64,000 nucleotides of DNA, taken from positions 137,799-201,798 of the forward strand of contig JAJTYH010000002.1 of assembly GCA_021463465.1 (NCBI GenBank), read 5' to 3'. The number at the start of each line of letters is the position of its first letter. Position 1 is the first letter of the stretch. The notes under the pieces were generated by a model, which saw only the letters and a program-made list of their open reading frames with translations, was not told where the DNA came from and ran no database searches. A program made the position numbers and the translations under genes. Positions 9,413 through 18,265 of the stretch are shown here, piece after piece. This DNA is from a bacterium (GTDB taxonomy: Bacteria > Patescibacteriota > Dojkabacteria > SC72).

Positions 9413-11907
9413 TGAAAGTCTCTCTTGAAAGCATAAAAAAACTCACCCCAATCTCGGTACCTATTGATGACCTTATTGCCAAAGTCTTTACCCAAATAGG
9501 GGCTGTCGAACATATTCAAGATCTATCCAAAAAATATGAAGGTACGTTAGTAGCAAAGATTATTCAGAAAAGGGCACACCCTGACTCAGACAAACTCGGA
9601 GTATATATGGTCGATATTGGAAGCGATACTTTGGTACAAGTGGTAGCAGGAGATAAAACACTAAATGAAGGTGATATGGTGGCATACTTTTCTCTTGGCG
9701 CAAAACTCCCATATAACGCCAGCCCTGAAAAGAACGAAGATGTAGTGAAAAAAGTAAAGCTTCGAGGTGTAGATTCAGAAGGGATGATGGCTTCAGCTAA
9801 AGAATTGGATCTTTCAAACGATCATACTAAAATCATGAGACTCGATACAGATTTACCAACTGGCTCCCTCTTCGCCAAGGCATATGGAATGGAAGATACC
9901 CTAATTGAGATCGAGAATAAAGCAATTGCCAATCGAGCAGATTGCTTCGGTCTTTTGGGGATTGCTCGGGAGATTGCCGCAATACAAAGAACCCTTTTTG
10001 AAAGTCCAAAATGGTATAGCGATCCTCAGACCAATAAACCGGAAGAAGGTAAAAAGTACACGCTCGAAGTCGATAACCAAAATCAAATAAATTGCCCCCG
10101 ATACATGGGTGTGATCATTGAGAATGTGAAAGTCGATCAATCCCCAATGTGGCTCAAAGTCGAGTTAGCCAAGGCCGGAATCAAACCGATTAATAATGTC
10201 GTAGATGTAACTAACTACCTAATGCACCTTACCTCACAACCTCTTCATGCTTTCGATTTTGATAAAGTATCAGCAGGAGACAGTGAAGGTAGAGGATGTA
10301 AAATCGTCGTCAGACAAGCTAAAAGCGGTGAAAACGTCTTAGGAATAAATGGTAAGGTTCTTGAGCTGGATGAGAGTATGACTGCAATCTGTGACAGTCG
10401 CACACCTATTGCTATAGCAGGAATAATTGGTGGAGCACAAACAGAAGTGGGTGATAATACCCAAACCATAATTTTGGAGTGCGCGAATTTCAATAGATAT
10501 AATATCCGAAAGACCTCATGGAAGTTGGGACTTTTCACTGATGCCGCAACTAGATACACCAAAGCTCAAAGTCCGAGCAATTGCGAACCCGTACTCTATC
10601 AAGCAATTAAACTAATATCAGAACTTACTGGAGGAAGTGTTGCTTCAAATATCGCTGATGTATATCCAGAGCCTAAAATGCAAAAAGAGCTTCGATTAGA
10701 TATCAATCGATTCAACAAAGTGTCAGGGCTGAATATTTCTAAAACAGAGATAGTAGAGATTCTGAAGGGGATTGAATACGGTGTGAAAGAAATAGATGGT
10801 TCGATTAAACTAGGTATTCCTCTATTTAGAGAAGATGTGAATATCATAGAAGATGTATACGAAGACATTGAAAGAATCTACGGATTTAATGCTATTGAAG
10901 TAACTCTTCCCAAAAAATCATTACTCCCTGCAAAAAATAATAGAGTTTTGGATTTCAAACGCAAAGTCAGGTCACTGCTTGCTTCATTGGGTGCTAATGA
11001 GGTCTTAACTTACAACTTCGTAAGTAATAATGACCTTACAGACTTTGGACTTGATTTGAATCAGGCATTTCATCTTAAAAATTCTCTTTCCCCAGAGCTG
11101 GAATTCATGAGGATAAATCTCTTACCTTCACTACTTAACAAGATGTCTGAGAATATTAATCGAGGATATAGCAACCAGACCCTATTTGAAATCAATATTG
11201 GACACAATCAAACTGAAAAAGATAAAGAAGGATTACCTCTTGAGAGATGGACAGTGGCACTGGTGACAGCCCAAGGCAATGTCGAATCTAATGCGTCATC
11301 ATATTATGATGTAAAAGTATATCTTGATCAGATCCAGAAGAAACTAAACTTGAAACAACTTGATTACACTTTACTTGCTGATACTGATAGTACTTCGCTT
11401 CCACAATGGATCAAAATACAAAGCAATCAATATAATATGAACCGATCAGCCATCGTTACATACAACCAGGAAGCTAAGAAGATATTTGTCGGATTAATCG
11501 GCGAAATATCCAACCAGGTCAGATATACTCGAGGACTACCAATTTCATCTGCCGGTTTTGAGTTGGACCTTGAAGCCCTTTACAACGGTATTAGTGATAG
11601 AAGCAGATATCAGGAACCTTCTAAGTACCCTAAAATATCCCAAGATTTATGTTTTGTTACGACTAAGGCAGTCCCATATCTGGAAATGCTCATTGAGATA
11701 GAGCAGGTACTTAAAGCAACACGAATGTACTACGAGGTGGAACCAGTTGATATATATTCCTCGGAAAAGGATCCTAAAAATAAGCAGGTTACTTTCAGAG
11801 TTAGTCTTCAAAGCCACGATAAAACATTACAGACTCAAGAGTACGACAAGGTAAAGGAGAAACTTGAGTATGTGATGAATGAAAAATTCCAGGCGAAGTT
11901 GGTTTAG
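9412..11907 (+). CDS. pheT: Phenylalanine--tRNA ligase beta subunit
   Basis: HPDSDKL, LRGVDSEGMMAS, NRADC, INNVVDVTNY, QPLHAFD and a C-terminal anticodon-binding domain. Confidence 0.96.
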   Translation: MKVSLESIKKLTPISVPIDDLIAKVFTQIGAVEHIQDLSKKYEGTLVAKIIQKRAHPDSDKLGVYMVDIGSDTLVQVVAGDKTLNEGDMVAYFSLGAKLPYNASPEKNEDVVKKVKLRGVDSEGMMASAKELDLSNDHTKIMRLDTDLPTGSLFAKAYGMEDTLIEIENKAIANRADCFGLLGIAREIAAIQRTLFESPKWYSDPQTNKPEEGKKYTLEVDNQNQINCPRYMGVIIENVKVDQSPMWLKVELAKAGIKPINNVVDVTNYLMHLTSQPLHAFDFDKVSAGDSEGRGCKIVVRQAKSGENVLGINGKVLELDESMTAICDSRTPIAIAGIIGGAQTEVGDNTQTIILECANFNRYNIRKTSWKLGLFTDAATRYTKAQSPSNCEPVLYQAIKLISELTGGSVASNIADVYPEPKMQKELRLDINRFNKVSGLNISKTEIVEILKGIEYGVKEIDGSIKLGIPLFREDVNIIEDVYEDIERIYGFNAIEVTLPKKSLLPAKNNRVLDFKRKVRSLLASLGANEVLTYNFVSNNDLTDFGLDLNQAFHLKNSLSPELEFMRINLLPSLLNKMSENINRGYSNQTLFEINIGHNQTEKDKEGLPLERWTVALVTAQGNVESNASSYYDVKVYLDQIQKKLNLKQLDYTLLADTDSTSLPQWIKIQSNQYNMNRSAIVTYNQEAKKIFVGLIGEISNQVRYTRGLPISSAGFELDLEALYNGISDRSRYQEPSKYPKISQDLCFVTTKAVPYLEMLIEIEQVLKATRMYYEVEPVDIYSSEKDPKNKQVTFRVSLQSHDKTLQTQEYDKVKEKLEYVMNEKFQAKLV

Positions 11908-14840
11908 TAATTGATTTTAAAATTCACACTATTGCTGTAGAACATCGAGATTCCTTTAAGTGCTCTAGCAATTAGTTGATAGTCAGAATTATTGTGAGGA
12001 GCGGAGCTATCGTTGAAAGCGACTGACCACCCATCTCCACCATTGGTATCTGTCAATAACTTACTATACCCACCGGGACCTGTTAGAATAAATTCGACTT
12101 TAGAAATACCCGCACCAATAGACGCGGCTGAGAAATTAGTAGGCAGAGATATTACCTCCGACCCAGAAGATGGACTAATCATTGTCAGGGAAACAGTACT
12201 ATTTGAAACATTAACAACAATTGTAGAGCTACTAGTTTTCCCATCGGAGCTATACACTATCGCAGTAATGTTATGCGAACCAGCAGATGTACCAGAGGGA
12301 ATCTCATATGGAGAAGCGTATGGTGCAGACGTATCAGAAGCTATTACACTACCATCAAACAGAAACTCTACCTTGGTAATTGGAGCCCCAGCGTTAGCGA
12401 AAGCACTAATGTCTATCGTTGAACCAGCATAGACAGTTTCATTATTACTAGGCGAAGAAATCTGAACAGTAGGATTATCACCATCTAAAGGTAGTTTACA
12501 TTCAGCTTCTTCTGGCTTGGTAAAGGTATATGAATTATTTTTAGTCAAATACTTTTCATAGTTGGTCTGCTGCAAAGTGTTTTCGAGTTTCTTATCCAAA
12601 AAAATCTTATCGTTGACTAATCCATAGTTCTTAGCAAATTCGGCATTGGTGGATAACTTTCCAGAATCTTTACAAATGTATATTTTGGTTCGTCCATCAC
12701 TCTTTGGGGACTTACCGGAAACATAAATAGTAGGAACCTTCTTACATGAGCTATCTTTTCCAGCGCTTTCCCCCGTATCGTTACAAACAGTACCTGCAAT
12801 AATGCCAGTGGGTCTATTGAACGGTTCTGGCTTATATTTCCCAGCCATCTTCGTCATAAATGATCCTGCAATAGGCAAAGGGACAGTAGTACTCCAAGCA
12901 CCTGGAGTTTCAGTATTATCATTATTACCTGCCCATACACCAACAACTAATGATTTAGAATACATGAACGAGGTTAAATCTTTAGGACCATCTGTGGTAC
13001 CCGTCTTACCGCAGAAAGTTCTTCTCCCATTTAACATGTAATTCCTATTCTCTGGCTGATCACCAAATCCTCCCAAATCACAAAGTATCCAGTTGAGCAT
13101 GTAAATCTCTTTCTCGTCCCAGATTCTTTTGCCAGGATTATCTTTTTTAGCTAGAATAACTTCACCCGCTGAGTTTTTTACTTCCAAAATTGCTCTTGTA
13201 CCATGTTTTATTCCCCCTGTAGCAAATGTTGCATAGGCATTAGCATGCTCCAGTAGTTTCATCTCAGCTGCTCCCAGAGTAAGACTGAGTCCGTATCTAC
13301 TTGGTTCCGTCAGAGTAGTAATTCCAAAAGTTTCAGCTGTCTTGATAAAGTTTTCCACTCCAATTAACTGCATTGTATATACGGCAGGAAGATTTCTGGA
13401 TTGAATAAGTCCTTGTCTTGCTGTCATAGGACCGTAATACTTGCCATCCCAGTTCTTCAACTTATAATTTCCAAAATTAAGCTGAATATCTGGTGTTTCT
13501 AACCATGGGCCATACCCCTGACCAAATGCCGTCAGATAAGTGTAAGGCTTAACTGAAGATCCCATCTGCCGAGGACTAATAGTAATATTTACATTTCCAT
13601 CAATCTTAGGATTTTTAGAATAGTAGTTAATAGAACCTACCATTGCAAGAATATCACCAGTTTTGGGATCCATCGCAACCATAGCGCCATTGTTAACATT
13701 GTATCTTTTACCTTTCGAGGCTATCCCTTCTTTAACCTCTTTCTCAGCTAGTTTTTGCATAGAATAATCAAGGGTAGTCTTTACCTTGAGTCCACCGTGA
13801 ATTACCTGATCTGGACCATAAAGCTCATCTAGCTCTTTTTTCACATAGAAAACAAAATGAGGAGCTTTTATATCGACGTTGACTGATTTATAAACAAGTT
13901 TTTCTGCCAAAGCTTTGTCTACGTCCTCCTGTGTCACACCTGTAAAATCACTATGGCGAAGCATTTGATTTAATACATACTTCTGACGCTCTTTAGCTAA
14001 TTCAGGGTTTGTACCACCGATAGGAGCATAAACACTTGGGGTTTGAATAAGACCTGCAAGCAAAGCACTTTCAGCTAGGGTCAACTGTCGTACATCCTTT
14101 CCAAAGTATGCCTTAGATGCCGATTGAAAACCGTAGTTTACACCTCCCATAAACACCTCGTTCATATAAAGCTGCAAAATCTCGTCCTTACTCAACTTCT
14201 GCTCCATCTGCATAGTAGTCAGCCACTCTTTGAGTTTTCGCGTCGCAGTTCTTTCATAGGCTTGAGTTCCTAAACTATCTTTCAAGATTGTATTTCTGAT
14301 AAGCTGCTGCGAAATCGTACTACCACCAGATACATACGTACCCGTAGTCAACTTCTGGAATACTGCACGAACAATGGCTGTAATATCTAAACCCTTATGC
14401 TGATAAAATTCCGCATCTTCCGCTGAAAGTAATGCCCACTTAGTATGGCTAGGAATATCCTCTAATTTCACAAACTCACGATTCTCCTCGCCATAAAAGG
14501 TATACAACAAAGTACCATGTCTATCAAAGATTTGTGTACTCAATTTAGCATCTCTCTCTACTAATTTTTCAGGGTCAGGTAACGAACGTTCCAAATTTTT
14601 AAGATAAATAGAGAGCACCACCAAACCTATTGCGCTCAGAAAAACCCCGACTCCAAATAAAATAACCAAGAACTTTGATAAACTCTGTTTGAAACTGCTG
14701 GCTTTCTTATTTTTACCACCCGTCACCGGTTTACTGGTCGCTCTAGGCCTTGCTTTAGAACCTGCAAAATACAGCCCTGAAGGACGTTTTTGCTGAAATG
14801 TTTTAGAACCTTTTTGAGTTAAACCGACTCGATATCTCAT
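11904..14840 (-). CDS. Class A bifunctional penicillin-binding protein (transglycosylase/transpeptidase) with C-terminal Ig-like domains
   Basis: SAEDAEFYQHKG, GGSTISQQL, RKLKE, SxxK (GSSVK), SxN (SRN), KTG; C-terminal Big-like (DTSAPY) domains. Confidence 0.93.
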   Translation of the reverse strand: MRYRVGLTQKGSKTFQQKRPSGLYFAGSKARPRATSKPVTGGKNKKASSFKQSLSKFLVILFGVGVFLSAIGLVVLSIYLKNLERSLPDPEKLVERDAKLSTQIFDRHGTLLYTFYGEENREFVKLEDIPSHTKWALLSAEDAEFYQHKGLDITAIVRAVFQKLTTGTYVSGGSTISQQLIRNTILKDSLGTQAYERTATRKLKEWLTTMQMEQKLSKDEILQLYMNEVFMGGVNYGFQSASKAYFGKDVRQLTLAESALLAGLIQTPSVYAPIGGTNPELAKERQKYVLNQMLRHSDFTGVTQEDVDKALAEKLVYKSVNVDIKAPHFVFYVKKELDELYGPDQVIHGGLKVKTTLDYSMQKLAEKEVKEGIASKGKRYNVNNGAMVAMDPKTGDILAMVGSINYYSKNPKIDGNVNITISPRQMGSSVKPYTYLTAFGQGYGPWLETPDIQLNFGNYKLKNWDGKYYGPMTARQGLIQSRNLPAVYTMQLIGVENFIKTAETFGITTLTEPSRYGLSLTLGAAEMKLLEHANAYATFATGGIKHGTRAILEVKNSAGEVILAKKDNPGKRIWDEKEIYMLNWILCDLGGFGDQPENRNYMLNGRRTFCGKTGTTDGPKDLTSFMYSKSLVVGVWAGNNDNTETPGAWSTTVPLPIAGSFMTKMAGKYKPEPFNRPTGIIAGTVCNDTGESAGKDSSCKKVPTIYVSGKSPKSDGRTKIYICKDSGKLSTNAEFAKNYGLVNDKIFLDKKLENTLQQTNYEKYLTKNNSYTFTKPEEAECKLPLDGDNPTVQISSPSNNETVYAGSTIDISAFANAGAPITKVEFLFDGSVIASDTSAPYASPYEIPSGTSAGSHNITAIVYSSDGKTSSSTIVVNVSNSTVSLTMISPSSGSEVISLPTNFSAASIGAGISKVEFILTGPGGYSKLLTDTNGGDGWSVAFNDSSAPHNNSDYQLIARALKGISMFYSNSVNFKINY

Positions 14841-14854
14841 ATCCTCTAATTATA

Positions 14855-15583
14855 TCAATTTGTGGAAGAATAGCTAAGATAGTACTTCTCGTACCGTTTA
14901 AAGTTCTTTTGCACTGAAATCCAGAGCCAATAGCCAATAAAAACCATAAAAACAGCAAAAATCGCATCCAGAATAGTATTAATAATAGCGGGTAGATTAA
15001 ATCCTACTACCAGTTTAGCGATAAAATAGATTATAAAAGCAAAAACGAAGTATAGCACCGTCTTTTGATTAAAAGTGCTGAAATAGCCAGCCAACATCTC
15101 CAGCAGTAACTCGTTTTCCTTTTTTTTGTTGGTAACATTGATTAATAGCTGAGCTAAAGCCCAAGTTTTATAGCTTTTTTGAATAGTGAAATGCTCACGC
15201 AATAAGAAATATTTAGGGACTTGCATACTCTCGTTAAGACTGAGTCGAGTAAGTCCTTCATCTTCCTTTAACTTCTCTAGCTCCATTTTTCTGTCAAAAG
15301 AGTAGGAGCTAGTTGGTTCTATAACGACTTTTGACAAATCAAACTGAGGTTGATTACCTATTAATCCAATCTCTAAATCGCTCAGGTTATAAACTTCAAT
15401 TGCCTCATCAAAAGCAAAAAGTAGATGCTTATCAGTAATATAAAAATTAGGAGTTGAGAAATCTACGATACGGTAATCTAGCGGAACAACCGAAAAAGTA
15501 TAGATAATATCCTCATCTTTCTCGAGCAATTTTTTGATATTTTCAAGTTGAGAAATTGTAATATCACTTCTTAATCCTCGCAT
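14855..15583 (-). CDS. Hypothetical membrane protein with two C-terminal TM helices and a possible PH-like N-terminus
   Basis: 242-aa ORF with two hydrophobic C-terminal stretches; FYITDKHLLF resembles bacterial PH-domain strands (weak). Confidence 0.6.
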   Translation of the reverse strand: MRGLRSDITISQLENIKKLLEKDEDIIYTFSVVPLDYRIVDFSTPNFYITDKHLLFAFDEAIEVYNLSDLEIGLIGNQPQFDLSKVVIEPTSSYSFDRKMELEKLKEDEGLTRLSLNESMQVPKYFLLREHFTIQKSYKTWALAQLLINVTNKKKENELLLEMLAGYFSTFNQKTVLYFVFAFIIYFIAKLVVGFNLPAIINTILDAIFAVFMVFIGYWLWISVQKNFKRYEKYYLSYSSTN

Positions 15584-15620
15584 ATTTCATCATATGGTAT
15601 TTGAATGGACACGGCAAGAA

Positions 15621-16088
15621 TCAAACATCTAACCTTTCACCAACCTCGATCTCAGAGGGATCAAACATCAAAGGAAGCTTTTCCCTCAAAGTTGGAAATG
15701 TTTCGCAGCACTCTATTAAATGTTGCAAGACTCGCTCCTTTTCTGAAGGATTAACACCTTTTATTATGGCAAACTGCTCCGCTAAATGTTCACCAAACTC
15801 TTTTGCAGTTTCAGAATCTAAGATAGTGTTCTGATCCTGAACAATTATAACTTGAGGACCAGAATATATCTCATATTTTTCAAAAATAAGACCATTATTT
15901 ACGGTACATACAATTTCATTTTCATCGAGAGAACTTAATATCCGAGTGAATTCACAAGTCCATTTATCAAAACGAAAGTTAGCTCTATTTACTCGGCAAA
16001 GATGAACTCCTTTTCTTCCAAACATTATACCTTTAACGAGTACTAACGAATCTACGGGGGTATTTAAAACTGGTAATGTGACTGCCAT
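15621..16088 (-). CDS. Hypothetical protein
   Basis: 155-aa ORF with an upstream TGT-TATAAT on the minus strand; no recognisable motif. Confidence 0.55.
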   Translation of the reverse strand: MAVTLPVLNTPVDSLVLVKGIMFGRKGVHLCRVNRANFRFDKWTCEFTRILSSLDENEIVCTVNNGLIFEKYEIYSGPQVIIVQDQNTILDSETAKEFGEHLAEQFAIIKGVNPSEKERVLQHLIECCETFPTLREKLPLMFDPSEIEVGERLDV

Positions 16089-16142
16089 TGCGTAAGAAAA
16101 ACACTGGTTTAATCAATGATTATAACATTTTTTGGGAATCTC

Positions 16143-16151
16143 TGATATAAT
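16143..16151 (+). promoter_or_regulatory. Extended -10 promoter for the his leader and hisS
   Basis: TGA-TATAAT, 9 nt upstream of the leader ATG. Confidence 0.65.
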
Positions 16152-16160
16152 CAATCTATT

Positions 16161-16208
16161 ATGAGAAAAACATATATGACAGCATTGCATCATCACATGG
16201 GACACTGA
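16161..16208 (+). CDS. His-rich leader peptide MRKTYMTALHHHMGH
   Basis: ATG AGA AAA ACA TAT ATG ACA GCA TTG CAT CAT CAC ATG GGA CAC TGA; 4 His in the last 6 codons, directly upstream of hisS. Confidence 0.88.
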   Translation: MRKTYMTALHHHMGH

Positions 16209-16257
16209 GTCGTCTTGTGTTTTGACATATATACAAGCCGGCGAAAGCCGGTTTTTT
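16195..16257 (+). promoter_or_regulatory. Histidine-responsive transcription attenuator (protector, antiterminator, terminator)
   Basis: 1:2 ACATGGGAC/GTCTTGTGT; 2:3 GTCGtCTTGTGT/ATACAAGcCGGC; 3:4 AAGCCGGC-GAAA-GCCGGTTT plus T-run. Confidence 0.82.
16235..16257 (+). terminator. Intrinsic terminator of the hisS leader
   Basis: AAGCCGGC-GAAA-GCCGG-TTTTTT; GNRA tetraloop and six-T tail. Confidence 0.9.
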
Positions 16258-16281
16258 ATTTAATTTTGATATACTGAAAAA

Positions 16282-17556
16282 ATGAAAACATACAAATTAA
16301 CAACTCAACCGTATAAAGGTACTAACGATTACTATCCAAAGGATATGTATAAGCGCAATATACTATTTGATATCTGGAAAGAAACCGCTATTGAATTCGG
16401 TTATGAAGAGTATGACACACCACTGCTCGAAGAAGCTGATCTTTACCGGGCTAAGTCTGGAGAAGAGTTAGCGAATACACAGCTTTACAATTTCACGGAT
16501 AAAGGTGGAAGAGAAGTCGCAATCAGACCTGAGATGACTCCATCACTAGCTCGCATGGTCGCAGCCAGAATAAACGAGCTTCCTAAACCAATCCGTTGGT
16601 TTAACATTGGTAAATATTATCGCTATGAAAAGCCTCAGAGAGGGCGTACCAGAGAATTTTTCCAATTAAATATCGACATATTAGGACTCGAGACTATCAA
16701 TGCTGAGGTGGAAATCTTCCAATTTATTAATCGCGTAATGGAGAAGCTTAAAGCCCCTAAAGAATCCTGGTGTATCTACATGAACAACAGGTATCTTATG
16801 GACTATTTTTTTAACGAAGTGCTCAATGTATCAGATGATTTAAAACCAAAGCTTTCCAGAGCAATTGATAATTACACGAAACTAGAAGCAAAAGACTTCA
16901 AAGAATACTTAAAAGATTTTGGAATGGATAAAAAACAGGTGGATTCACTCTTAAAGTTCTTAAAATCAACTTCTTCGGATTTAGCTCAATTGGCTAAAGT
17001 AAACAAAGGCGCTAAAGACTTGTCTGAAATCTTAGCCAAGTGTGATGCATTAGGAATAACCAATGTACAGTTCAAACCATATATCATGAGAGGAATAGCA
17101 TATTATACTGGTACCGTAATAGAGCTATTTGATGTTGGTAGTAAAGATAATCCAAGAGCACTTTTTGGAGGAGGACGATATGATGATTTGCTCACAATCT
17201 TTAATAAACCGACAATTCCAGCCTTTGGACTAGGATGGGGCAACATAACCACTGAAAACTTCATAGAAACCTACAATCTATTCCCAACGTACAAAAGTTC
17301 TACGCAAGTTTATGTTACTCTAGGAGATATAGGACAGTTAGAAGGATCGAGTTTAGTTGCTTTGGCATTAAGAAAAAGAGGGGTCAAAGTTGAACAGCAA
17401 TTAAAAGTATCAAATCTTGCAAGGCAAATCGAATATGCCAGTAAAAAAGGCATTCCCTATGTTCTTTTTGTAAATGATGCACAAATTGAAATAAAAAATC
17501 TGGAGAAAGGAACCCAAAAGCGTGTAAGTATTGATGAAATAGTAAAAATTGTGTAA
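16282..17556 (+). CDS. hisS: Histidine--tRNA ligase
   Basis: KGTNDYYP, IRPEMTPSLAR, RYEKPQRGRTREFFQ, RGIAYYTG, GGGRYDDL. Confidence 0.98.
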   Translation: MKTYKLTTQPYKGTNDYYPKDMYKRNILFDIWKETAIEFGYEEYDTPLLEEADLYRAKSGEELANTQLYNFTDKGGREVAIRPEMTPSLARMVAARINELPKPIRWFNIGKYYRYEKPQRGRTREFFQLNIDILGLETINAEVEIFQFINRVMEKLKAPKESWCIYMNNRYLMDYFFNEVLNVSDDLKPKLSRAIDNYTKLEAKDFKEYLKDFGMDKKQVDSLLKFLKSTSSDLAQLAKVNKGAKDLSEILAKCDALGITNVQFKPYIMRGIAYYTGTVIELFDVGSKDNPRALFGGGRYDDLLTIFNKPTIPAFGLGWGNITTENFIETYNLFPTYKSSTQVYVTLGDIGQLEGSSLVALALRKRGVKVEQQLKVSNLARQIEYASKKGIPYVLFVNDAQIEIKNLEKGTQKRVSIDEIVKIV

Positions 17557-17590
17557 TAATTTTGTAATAAGGGTGTGAGATAAAGGTAGT

Positions 17591-18265
17591 ATGGAGGTCC
17601 TAAAGGACATTCTGGTGGTACAAGAAGAGAGTAAGCTTACCCAACTAATCGTAAAGTGTCTTGTTGACGACTTCAAAGTAGTACATACCTTAAGCATTCT
17701 CAAAGCTTTTAGACTTTTAGAAGAAAGACACTTTGATCTAATTATTCTCAATACAAGGAGTAGCAACGGGAACACAATAGAATTGTGCCGAAGAGTAAAG
17801 TTGGAAAGTAATACCAAAGTGTTCTTCGTATCAAGTTGCAACGATATCAATGTTAAAGAGCTTTGCTTCGAGACTGGTGCAGATGATTATGTATGCACTC
17901 CCTTCTACCCAAGAGAACTTAATTTAAGAATCAAACGCATCTTGAACATCTACGAAATAAAGCGCAAGAAGATAATCGAGAGTAGGGGATTGCAATTACA
18001 TGTCGAGACCAAAGCTTTGAAATTCCACAACTGCACAGTATTTTTATCTCCTACAGAATTTCTACTGCTGGAGTATATGATCCAACACAATAGGTTCTAC
18101 AAAACCGAAGGTCTGCTCAACTATATTACAACTAAAAAGAATAAAGAAATGAGTAATGGAGCACTATTAGTAATGATACAAAGATTAAGAGAGAAATTGG
18201 AGAAGGGAACGGGGATGCAGTTAATTAAAACCAGGTATGGTTTAGGCTACTACATATCACTTTAA
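17591..18265 (+). CDS. Atypical OmpR/PhoB-family response regulator (pseudo-receiver plus winged helix)
   Basis: GADDYV..PF, LSPTEFLLL, IQRLREKL, IKTRYGLGY. Phosphoacceptor Asp is Asn; conserved Lys is Thr. Confidence 0.85.
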   Translation: MEVLKDILVVQEESKLTQLIVKCLVDDFKVVHTLSILKAFRLLEERHFDLIILNTRSSNGNTIELCRRVKLESNTKVFFVSSCNDINVKELCFETGADDYVCTPFYPRELNLRIKRILNIYEIKRKKIIESRGLQLHVETKALKFHNCTVFLSPTEFLLLEYMIQHNRFYKTEGLLNYITTKKNKEMSNGALLVMIQRLREKLEKGTGMQLIKTRYGLGYYISL

